From NCBI GenBank assembly GCA_964579185.1, contig CAZOFK010000001.1, forward strand, positions 1 to 42,502: a stretch of 42,502 nucleotides of DNA. The letters run 5' to 3'. Positions 35,193 through 42,502 of this stretch are shown one piece after another. Below the pieces are notes generated by a model. The model did no database searches, had not been told where the DNA came from, and was given only the letters and a program-made list of their open reading frames with translations. A program made the position numbers and the translations under genes. Source of the DNA: Candidatus Micrarchaeota archaeon (GTDB lineage Archaea > Micrarchaeota > Micrarchaeia > Micrarchaeales > CABMGC01). Position 1 is the stretch's first letter, and every line of letters starts with the position of its first letter.

Positions 35193-36557
35193 ATGGTAAT
35201 GGGCTCTCTTCCTGAAGAGGCAGATCTGGCAGTGATAGGAGGCGGCGTAGCCGGCTATATAGCCGCGATACGCGCAGCCCAGCTCGGCATGTCTGTAGTA
35301 CTTATAGAGAAGGAGAAGCTTGGGGGGCACTGCCTGAATTATGCATGCATACCATCCAAGACGCTCATACATATAGCGGATCTCTTTTACAACGCGCAGC
35401 ACGCTGAGCGCTTCGGAATAAATGCGAGTGTTACACTTGACCCGGGGAGGATGCTAGAATGGAGGCTTTCAGTCTCGAAGAAACTGGAGGACGGTGTGGC
35501 ATTCCTGTGCAGGTCTTACGGCATAGAGACAGTAAAGGCTGAGGCCACATTTCTTTCATCGCATGAGCTGCAGCTCACCAATGGCACAAGCATAGAGTTT
35601 AAAAAGGCCATAATAGCCACGGGCTCTGCACCTACTGCGCTGAAGGGCTTCGAGTTCGGCACAGATATAATAGATTACAAGGCTGCACTTATGCTTGACC
35701 ATCTGCCAAAGGGCATGGCCATAATAGGCGCAGGCTACGTCTCTGTAGAGACAGCCACTCTTTATGCAAAACTGGGGGTGAAGGTGCATGTTATAGCCAG
35801 GTCAGATGTGCTTTCGCGCTTCGACCCGGATGCGCGCACCCTTGTCAAGAAGCGCATGCAGGAGCTTGGTGTAGAGATACATCCCGGGCTTCTTCCTAAA
35901 TCTTACGATGGCAAGTCGCTAATATTGGAAGACGGCACTGGCTTAAGCGTTGAAAAGGTCGTCGTGGCTGCAGGGCTAAGCCCTTATACTAAAAACCTAG
36001 GGCTTGAGAATACAAGGGCGGAGAGAGACGCGAGAGGCTTTATCAAGGTTGACAGGGCTCTCCGCACAGACGATGAGAACATCTTCGCCATAGGTGACGT
36101 CATAGGCGAGCCCCTTCTTGCACATAAAGCGATGAGGCAGGGGGTCATCGCTGCAGAGTCTGTAGCAGGCAGAAACGTGGGCTTTGATAACCTAGTCATA
36201 CCTGCAGTGGTATTCTCGGATCCCGAGATTGCAGTGGCAGGCAGCCTCTCCGGAGAAGGATTATCCTCGATAAAATTCCCGCTTACGGCATTGGGCAGGG
36301 CTATAGCGCTGGGAAGGACAGAGGGCTTCATCAAGCTTGCCTACGATACAGAAAACATCCTTAGGGGAGTGGAAATAGTCTCTGACGATGCGAATGTACT
36401 TATAAGCGAGGCGGCGCTTGCGATAGAGATGGGAGCCACCCTTGAAGACATAGCCGACACAATACATCCCCATCCTACATACGGCGAACTCATGCAGGAG
36501 GCTGCTGAGGCTGCGCTAGGCAGAGCCATACACTTCTTTTACGGAAAGAAGGGATAA
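35193..36557 (+). CDS. lpd: Dihydrolipoamide dehydrogenase (E3)
   Basis: FAD motif GGGVAGY, redox-active disulfide CLNYAC, C-terminal HPHPTYGE. Confidence 0.9.
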   Translation: MVMGSLPEEADLAVIGGGVAGYIAAIRAAQLGMSVVLIEKEKLGGHCLNYACIPSKTLIHIADLFYNAQHAERFGINASVTLDPGRMLEWRLSVSKKLEDGVAFLCRSYGIETVKAEATFLSSHELQLTNGTSIEFKKAIIATGSAPTALKGFEFGTDIIDYKAALMLDHLPKGMAIIGAGYVSVETATLYAKLGVKVHVIARSDVLSRFDPDARTLVKKRMQELGVEIHPGLLPKSYDGKSLILEDGTGLSVEKVVVAAGLSPYTKNLGLENTRAERDARGFIKVDRALRTDDENIFAIGDVIGEPLLAHKAMRQGVIAAESVAGRNVGFDNLVIPAVVFSDPEIAVAGSLSGEGLSSIKFPLTALGRAIALGRTEGFIKLAYDTENILRGVEIVSDDANVLISEAALAIEMGATLEDIADTIHPHPTYGELMQEAAEAALGRAIHFFYGKKG

Positions 36558-36558
36558 T

Positions 36559-37320
36559 ATGAGAATAAAGATTGTAGCAAAGAGGAAGTATCCTGAACTC
36601 AGAAGACTTTACAGCAGCTTCGAGGTCGGGGAGGATGCTGAGCTCTGCATAGCAGTAGGAGGCGACGGCACATTCATACGTGCAGCAAGGTCTTTTGACG
36701 GGCCTATACTGCCTATAAGGAGCAGCGATGAGTGGAGCGTGGGCTATTACTCTGACGTGGGCATAGAGGATATGCCAAAGATAATAAAGAGCCTTAAGCA
36801 GCGCTCTTACAACATAGAGAGGCTCTCGAATAAGATAGAGCTCATGTACAAAGGGAGGAGGCATCATGCAGTCAATGAGATAGTAATGAACAATGCGCGC
36901 GAAGAGGTAAGCTTCAGGGTCTATGAGGGGAGCGGCGCTTCTAGAAAGAGGCTTTATCCGTACACTATGAGCGGTGACGGCTTGCTTGTGACGGCTCTTG
37001 TCGGTTCTACGGCGTACAACAAATCTGCAGGAGGGCCCATCATACTCAGCCCTGATGTGCTCTGCATAACCTTCCTCAATGTGGATGGGCCGTACAGGAA
37101 TCCGATCATAGTTGACTCTAAGAGCGTGATAGAGGTGGAAGTGGCAAAATACAGGGGAAGGCTCAGATACGACGGCATTGAGATAGGAACGCTGAAGCCT
37201 GGGGAAAGATTCAGGGTAAGGCTGTCTAAGAACGCACTGAAGATAGTGAGGCTTAAGTATGGCAGGGAGAGCTTCGGAGACAAGCTTGAACGCATAATAA
37301 GAGGCAGAATGCATCAGTAA
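36559..37320 (+). CDS. nadK: NAD kinase
   Basis: GGDGTFIRA and GSTAYNKSAGGPI motifs. Starts 2 nt after the E3 stop codon. Confidence 0.85.
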   Translation: MRIKIVAKRKYPELRRLYSSFEVGEDAELCIAVGGDGTFIRAARSFDGPILPIRSSDEWSVGYYSDVGIEDMPKIIKSLKQRSYNIERLSNKIELMYKGRRHHAVNEIVMNNAREEVSFRVYEGSGASRKRLYPYTMSGDGLLVTALVGSTAYNKSAGGPIILSPDVLCITFLNVDGPYRNPIIVDSKSVIEVEVAKYRGRLRYDGIEIGTLKPGERFRVRLSKNALKIVRLKYGRESFGDKLERIIRGRMHQ

Positions 37321-37332
37321 CGCGGTGTCTTA

Positions 37333-38541
37333 ATGGAGCCTGAATTCGGTAGGGTCTCGGAGCTGCTTGAGTCGTATAGGGAGGATATGGCAAGGTGCAT
37401 GTCTGATATGGTATGCATCAGGGCGATCTCTCCGGCGTCTGGAGGCGAAGGGGAGTCGAAGCGCGCAGCCTTCCTGCAGGCACTCCTTGAGGGATGGGGC
37501 TTTGGGGTGAGGAGGTTCTCGTATAAAGACGAGAGCGGCACAGAGAGGCCCAATCTTGTAGCATCATTAGGTAATGTGGAGAGGAAGGTCTGGCTGGTAG
37601 CTCACATGGATACAGTTTCTGAAGGTGATCCTTCGCTCTGGGAGAGCGACCCTTTCACTGCGAGGATAGAGAATGGGAGGATATACGGCAGAGGCACATG
37701 TGACAATGGGCAGGATCTGATAGCAGGATTATATGCGCTCAGGGCTCTCTCCGTTTCAAAGATAAACCTGAGGTACGGCATAGGGCTAGCGCTCGTGGCT
37801 GACGAAGAATTGGGCAGCGCGTATGGGATACAAAAGCTGCTTGATGAGAATATATTCAAGGAGAAGGACATGTTCGTAGTGCCTGATTATGGGAAGAGCA
37901 GCGGTGACGTTATAGAAATAGCGGAAAAGGGCCTTCTCTGGCTCAAGATAAGCGTGAACGGACAGCAGGTGCACGCAAGCACTCCTGACAAGGGCAAGAA
38001 TGCTTACAGATACTCTGTGAGGCTTATAAGCAGGCTTGATGAGGAGCTTCACAGGAAGTATGATCTTAAGAATGGGCTTTTTGATCCGCCTACATCGACA
38101 TTCGAGATGACAAAGCATGAGAAGAATGTGGATAGCGTAAATATCATTCCAGGAAAAGAGGTCTTTTATCTTGACTGCAGGCTTCTTCCTGAGTATAGCA
38201 TTGATGCTGTCATAAAGGATGTAAAGGCTATTGCTTCTGAGAGTGCATTCGGTGAAGTAAGTATAGAGGTAGAGACATATGTGAGGAACGATACCACCGA
38301 ACCTACAAGTGAGAATTCAGAGATCATCGGGCTACTTTCGAAGGCCATACGCTACATAAGCGGCAGAGATGCGAAGAGCATAGGGATTGGTGGCGGCACA
38401 TGCGCTGCTTTCTTCAGGAAGAGGGGCTTCCCAGCTGTCGTCTGGAGCAGGCAGGACGAGATGGCCCACAAGCCAAACGAGTACTCTGTTATAGAGAACA
38501 TGCTGAATGACGCAAAGGTATTTGCATATCTCTGCGTTTAG
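37333..38541 (+). CDS. M20-family metallopeptidase (ArgE/DapE/succinyl-DAP desuccinylase-like)
   Basis: AHMDTV, GRGTCDNGQD and VADEELGS metal-ligand blocks. About 400 aa. Confidence 0.8.
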   Translation: MEPEFGRVSELLESYREDMARCMSDMVCIRAISPASGGEGESKRAAFLQALLEGWGFGVRRFSYKDESGTERPNLVASLGNVERKVWLVAHMDTVSEGDPSLWESDPFTARIENGRIYGRGTCDNGQDLIAGLYALRALSVSKINLRYGIGLALVADEELGSAYGIQKLLDENIFKEKDMFVVPDYGKSSGDVIEIAEKGLLWLKISVNGQQVHASTPDKGKNAYRYSVRLISRLDEELHRKYDLKNGLFDPPTSTFEMTKHEKNVDSVNIIPGKEVFYLDCRLLPEYSIDAVIKDVKAIASESAFGEVSIEVETYVRNDTTEPTSENSEIIGLLSKAIRYISGRDAKSIGIGGGTCAAFFRKRGFPAVVWSRQDEMAHKPNEYSVIENMLNDAKVFAYLCV

Positions 38542-38551
38542 CAATAGGTAG

Positions 38552-39232
38552 TTAAAAAAGATTCTTCAATATAGCTTTCAATATCACGTAGCCGTCCCTG
38601 AACGTGTGCAGCTTTGCCTCGCCGTAGCTCCTTGGCTTCTCGTTGCTTGGTATCTCGATGACCTTCATGTGAGCCCTCGCCGCCTTTATGCTTATCTCTG
38701 CTTCTATCCCGAAGCCTTTTTCGCGCAGCCTGAGTTTCCTGAAAGCATCGCGCCTGAAGCTTCTGTAACCGTAGCACATGTCGCTGTAGTGCGAGCCGAA
38801 GAGCATGTTTACTATGTATACAAATGCCTTATTGCCTGCCTTCCTCACAAGCGGCATGTCTTCCGTTCCGCCTCCTGTCATGAACCTTGAGCCCATGCAT
38901 ATGTCGTAGCCCGCCTCTATGCTGTCTATGAGCAGCGTCAGCTCCTTGGGCTCATGCGAGAGATCAGCGTCCATTGAGACGATAATTGTGCCCTTTGCGG
39001 CAAGGAAGCCCTTTATGAGCGCAGAGCCTTTTCCTGTATTGTCGTAGAGTACTTTTGCACCAAGCTTCCTTGCTCTCTCTGCTGTCTTGTCAGAAGAATG
39101 CCCATCCACGACTATTATTTCGTACCTTCTGCCTGAGAGCTGCCGCCTTATTCCCCGCAGAACTGCGCTTATGTTCCTTTCCTCGTTTAGTGTTGGTATT
39201 ACGACAGAGACAGCGCGTTTCATAAAGACCAT
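38552..39232 (-). CDS. GT2 glycosyltransferase (dolichyl-phosphate hexose synthase-like)
   Basis: VVIPTLNEERNI, DGHSSD and DADLSHEP (DxD region). CATATATATAATC box about 15-25 nt upstream. Confidence 0.8.
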   Translation of the reverse strand: MVFMKRAVSVVIPTLNEERNISAVLRGIRRQLSGRRYEIIVVDGHSSDKTAERARKLGAKVLYDNTGKGSALIKGFLAAKGTIIVSMDADLSHEPKELTLLIDSIEAGYDICMGSRFMTGGGTEDMPLVRKAGNKAFVYIVNMLFGSHYSDMCYGYRSFRRDAFRKLRLREKGFGIEAEISIKAARAHMKVIEIPSNEKPRSYGEAKLHTFRDGYVILKAILKNLF

Positions 39233-39631
39233 TTATCCGTATGATTATATATATGAGAATCTTTTCGCATTGTTTGTGAGCATGTGACGGTAGGGCAGAA
39301 GCAGATAGAGAACCAAATGTAAGCAATGGAACATATTTTTAAATAGGAGTTATGAATAAATCATTACGTGACATCCACCCATGAATCAATTCATGGGCTT
39401 CCCAAACGCAGAATGGTTGACTGATATGAAACAAAAAAACATATGTATGTTTCCGAATAAGACTAATGCTGTATGGCGTGACACGCCAAAACTCATGCCT
39501 CCGGATGGCGATGCAAGACCTCAATTCCATGAGGCGAACGCCGATGTAGGAACATACCAAACGCAAAATGGATATGGTTGTCATATGCCACGAATGGCAA
39601 AAGGGGCTTCTACTTCTCAGCTCGCTTTCAT

Positions 39632-39655
39632 CTCACGATTGAAATCGTGGGTTTT
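39632..39655 (+). terminator. Hairpin plus T4 (intrinsic-terminator-like or attenuator-like) 33 nt upstream of the radical SAM ATG
   Basis: CTCACGAT-TGAA-ATCGTGGG gives an 8-bp stem (one G-U) and a tetraloop, followed by TTTT at 39652-39655. Confidence 0.35.
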
Positions 39656-39687
39656 CACGCTCGCAATGGGATAAAAACGCTGGTATT

Positions 39688-40743
39688 ATGAGAAGGCTCA
39701 TCGGACTGGGCATGGCTGCGCTGCGTAGCAACGTATCTGAGCTGCAGCATCCGTACAAGCTGACATTCTCTGTAACATACAGATGCCAGTCGCGTTGCCT
39801 TACCTGCAACATATGGCAGCTCAGGCCTGTTGGAGAGCTCTCTCTGGCTGAGATAACAGAATTCGCAAGGAAGAATACTCATTTCAGATGGATTGAGATA
39901 ACAGGTGGCGAGCCCTTCCTACGGAGCGATATAACAGAGATAATACGCGCATTCAATGAACACTCAAAAGGCTTATACATAGTAACGCTGCCTACAAACT
40001 CTCTAGTGAACAGGGAGGCGCTGCTCGGCAATATGCGCAGCATACTAGAACTTGGCATACCTAAGGTATCGATAACAGTAAGCCTTGACGGATACAGGGA
40101 GCTTCATGACAGAATAAGGGGCATACCTGGAAATTTTGACAGGGCAGTAAGCCTTTTCAAAGCCCTTATGGAGCTCAAGAAGCAGTATAGCAATCTCTTC
40201 GTTGTGTTTGGCTATACAATGAGCAGATACAATGCGGGCATGTTCGAAAAGACGTTTAAGGAAGTGAGCAAAGAGGTGCCAGGTATAAGATACAACGATT
40301 TTCACATCAATGCTGCGCAGACCTCTGAGATTTATTACAATAACCCTGGCATGGAGATACGCAGCGGGAGCATGAGTATGGCGGAGGAGATAAATGGCAT
40401 ATTAAAAGGAAGAAGCCTTGAGATAGGCGCTATACCTAAGATTGAGACCGCTTTTCTTAGGAAACTCGTAAGGTATCTTGAGACAAGCAGAAGCCCGATG
40501 AGGAGTAGGAGCCTGGACGCGTCGCTCTTCTTAGACAGCTATGGCAATGTGTACCCCTCGATAATGTGGAACAGGAAAATAGGAAACATACGTGATGTAA
40601 GCTATAGCCTGGATGCGCTCTGGCATACGCCCGAGGCTGAGGAGGTAAGGAGGCTTATAAGGGAGAGGAAGGAACCCGATTGCTGGACTGCATGCGAAGC
40701 CTACCAGGCGCTTGTCGGCGACATTAAGAGCTTATTTATCTGA
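39688..40743 (+). CDS. Radical SAM enzyme with a Cys-depleted SPASM/twitch-like C-terminal region
   Basis: CQSRCLTC (CX3CX2C), ITGGEPFLRSDI. C-terminal block LFLDSYGNVYPS...IGNIRD...LDALW...CWTAC. Confidence 0.8.
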   Translation: MRRLIGLGMAALRSNVSELQHPYKLTFSVTYRCQSRCLTCNIWQLRPVGELSLAEITEFARKNTHFRWIEITGGEPFLRSDITEIIRAFNEHSKGLYIVTLPTNSLVNREALLGNMRSILELGIPKVSITVSLDGYRELHDRIRGIPGNFDRAVSLFKALMELKKQYSNLFVVFGYTMSRYNAGMFEKTFKEVSKEVPGIRYNDFHINAAQTSEIYYNNPGMEIRSGSMSMAEEINGILKGRSLEIGAIPKIETAFLRKLVRYLETSRSPMRSRSLDASLFLDSYGNVYPSIMWNRKIGNIRDVSYSLDALWHTPEAEEVRRLIRERKEPDCWTACEAYQALVGDIKSLFI

Positions 40744-41469
40744 AGCTATGAACTCAAGAAGAAGTCCTGCTATAGTCTTTGGGTGTGCGTAATGCGGGGT
40801 ATGCCGCGCGCCTTTTATTATATGCAATGAGCTTCCCTCTATGCCGCTCTCGAATGCCTTTGCAAATTTTGGATTTATGACTTCATCTTCCTCTCCCCAG
40901 AGTATCAGGGTAGGCACTTTTATGCTGCGCAGCTCTTCTTCGGAGAGCTGGCCTTCCTGCGAATCGTTCAGTACGCTGCTTACTACATGTTTCCTTGAAC
41001 CCGTCTTCTCTGCTCTGCTTATCACCATGGACTTATAACCTTCACGCGCCCCTGTGCCCCTCACTTCGTCGTAGAAGGCCTTCAGGCCGCTTGAGTCCTC
41101 TAAGACAAGACCTTTAAGCCTCCCGCCAGATGCTGCATATGACGCGGCTATCCAGCCGCCGTATGAGTGCCCGAAAATGTAACACTCAAGGCGCATGCTT
41201 TCTACGAAGAGGGTAAGAATCTCCACCTGCAGGCTTATCCTGTACTCAAGCTCAGGAGCGTCCGAAGAGCCGTGGCCAAGGAGGTCAAGCATGTATACGC
41301 CGAGCGAGTCTGGCAGGTGGAGGATGAGCCTCTCCCATGTCTTCGAGCTGGATGCTAGGCCGTGCAACAGCAGTATGCATTTCCCAGCGCTGCCTTTGTG
41401 CGCCATGTAATGGACCTCTCCGAAATCAGTGCTCATTGCCCCCTTTTCGAAATCGCTGGTATACTCCAT
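40732..41469 (-). CDS. Alpha/beta-fold hydrolase
   Basis: LLLHGLASS, nucleophile elbow GHSYGG, C-terminal GARHTPH. Start reset to M14 to remove the overlap with the upstream gene. Confidence 0.75.
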   Translation of the reverse strand: MEYTSDFEKGAMSTDFGEVHYMAHKGSAGKCILLLHGLASSSKTWERLILHLPDSLGVYMLDLLGHGSSDAPELEYRISLQVEILTLFVESMRLECYIFGHSYGGWIAASYAASGGRLKGLVLEDSSGLKAFYDEVRGTGAREGYKSMVISRAEKTGSRKHVVSSVLNDSQEGQLSEEELRSIKVPTLILWGEEDEVINPKFAKAFESGIEGSSLHIIKGARHTPHYAHPKTIAGLLLEFIASDK

Positions 41470-41479
41470 TGAAATACAC

Positions 41480-42334
41480 TTATAAGGGAAGAAGAGACCT
41501 GAGGACAAGTGTAATGTGGCTGAGCTCCCTTAACCTTCTGTACGAATAATCAAGCCAGCGCTCCCCGAATGGCAGGTAAAGCAGAACACTTTCTCCCTTC
41601 TCCACAAGCCTCTTCGTGTATGAATTCCTTATGCCGTTCAGCATCGCATATTCGACATTGCGCCGGTATGTCTTATTGAGCTCCTCTGCCTCTTCCACGA
41701 GCTTTGCATCGTGCGTCGCTATGATAAAGTTGTCAGAATTCTTGAAAAGATAGTGCATGAGATGCCTGAAATTTTTATCTATCTCATAGCGCGACGTATA
41801 CGCTATAGTGCTGCTTTCTTTATATGCACCTTTTACAAGCCTGACACCGCAGACTGCCCTTACCACACGCCTTATGTCACGCTCGCTCCTTTTAAGGTAT
41901 GACTGCAGACAGAGACCCACCATCCCGCCTTTGGCTTCGCTTATGCATAAGCTTATTGTCTCGTCAACATACCTGTGCGCTTCCATATCCAGCCATGTAT
42001 ATATGCGAGCCTTGCGCGCCGCACCCACAAGCTTAGAATAGTTCTTTTTTGCATACTTGAAATCTATCTTCAGCCCTATCTGTGTCGGCTTTAGGGATAT
42101 ATCCGCATTCAGTTTGCTTCTTTTTATTGCTGCAATGAGTTCAAGATATACAGAGAGAGCACTCTCTACTGCGGCCTTATCCGAGAAATCCTCGCCCAGA
42201 TAGTTAAGTGTTACCTTATATCCAAGACCATTAAGCTTTTTGGTCCTTGCAACGGCGTCATTGATTGTCGGTCCGGCTATCCACCTTCCTGCTATAAGCT
42301 TCTCTGCAAAAGCGCCGATACCCATTTTTTTCAC
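41480..42334 (-). CDS. Monofunctional proline dehydrogenase (PutA PRODH-domain type)
   Basis: RLVKGAY, ATHD, EYAMLNGI and LYLPFGERWLDYSYRRLRE blocks. The track start is GTG; the ATG at 42325 is an alternative. Confidence 0.75.
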   Translation of the reverse strand: MKKMGIGAFAEKLIAGRWIAGPTINDAVARTKKLNGLGYKVTLNYLGEDFSDKAAVESALSVYLELIAAIKRSKLNADISLKPTQIGLKIDFKYAKKNYSKLVGAARKARIYTWLDMEAHRYVDETISLCISEAKGGMVGLCLQSYLKRSERDIRRVVRAVCGVRLVKGAYKESSTIAYTSRYEIDKNFRHLMHYLFKNSDNFIIATHDAKLVEEAEELNKTYRRNVEYAMLNGIRNSYTKRLVEKGESVLLYLPFGERWLDYSYRRLRELSHITLVLRSLLPL

Positions 42335-42429
42335 CGCGTATGTGACATCCCACTATGTTGATTTGACTGTAGCGGAAAGCCGCAATCAATAATGTTTACC
42401 GGTTAACTCATACTTCACCTTACAATCTT

Positions 42430-42501
42430 TTATACTTTTACATCAAATTCAATTCCAAGCACAGGCGCCTCCCCATCAGCCAGATGCTGTGTGCCATTAT
42501 C
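42430..42501 (-). CDS. 3' end of a gene running off the right edge (C-terminal 23 codons only)
   Basis: My hand translation of the minus strand: ...DNGTQHLADGEAPVLGIEFDVKV, stop TAA at 42430-42432. Too short to identify. Confidence 0.3.
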   Translation of the reverse strand, partial: DNGTQHLADGEAPVLGIEFDVKV

Positions 42502-42502
42502 T

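Noticed and set aside
36490-37314. 274-aa ORF antisense to the whole NAD kinase gene
   Set aside because: It is in the codon-aligned antisense phase, where stops arise only from sense TTA, CTA and TCA codons, and these are rare in this genome. Its composition is implausible (Y/H/P/R/C-rich, no motifs), and the sense gene has clear NAD kinase motifs.
39449-39650. CRISPR-repeat-like fragments: TTCCGAATAAGACTAA (similar to the 5' part of Pyrococcus-type repeats) and ATTGAAAT
   Set aside because: Each occurs once, with no regular repeat-spacer periodicity and no cas genes in the window. A loosely similar AATAAGATAATGACTG at ~3300 is within chance expectation.
39381-39674. 97-aa ORF as a bona fide protein gene
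   Set aside because: Its codon usage is unlike its neighbours, it has no recognisable motifs, and its 3' end runs through a terminator-like hairpin. It is kept only as an alternative within the spacer finding.

Overview
Gene-dense, mostly housekeeping chromosomal segment of an archaeon. The archaeal call rests on eS1/S3Ae, archaeal-type uS15, an NMD3-domain protein, secF-secD, a class II RNR, and A/T-rich TATA-like boxes about 25-35 nt upstream of many start codons. Strong AGG/AGA (Arg) and ATA (Ile) codon preference resembles Thermoplasmata or ARMAN-like acidophiles, but lineage is inference only. I can support about 44 protein genes. Two are absent from the ORF track: a 48-aa zinc-ribbon protein at 3008-3154 and a C-terminal gene fragment at the right edge. 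I found no tRNA, rRNA, CRISPR array, transposase, integrase or recognisable defence gene. Left to right: Gly-zipper membrane protein; a ~500-nt unexplained non-coding stretch; AlkZ/YcaQ-like DNA glycosylase; PAP2 phosphatase; small Zn-ribbon protein. Next is a putative corrinoid module: class II RNR, BtuD-like and BtuC-like ABC components, a 1353-aa surface protein with an embedded BtuF-type binding domain, and a PduO-type adenosyltransferase. Then: ABC-2 exporter pair; sequon-rich surface glycoprotein; NMD3-domain protein; secF-secD; several hypotheticals; DUF488; eS1; uS15; valS; an orphan AmmeMemoRadiSam radical SAM enzyme. Next are lineage-specific envelope proteins, trmI and a type IA topoisomerase with a basic tail. 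These are followed by a four-gene 2-oxoacid dehydrogenase operon, NAD kinase and an M20 peptidase. Last: GT2; a 455-nt structured low-GC spacer; a radical SAM enzyme with a Cys-depleted SPASM-like tail; an alpha/beta hydrolase; proline dehydrogenase. The best candidate for something undescribed is the 1353-aa protein. Its class-III substrate-binding domain sits between an array of about seven Ig-like modules and a C-terminal membrane anchor, inside a corrinoid salvage and use neighbourhood. All family assignments come from motif recognition by eye and need profile or structure searches.
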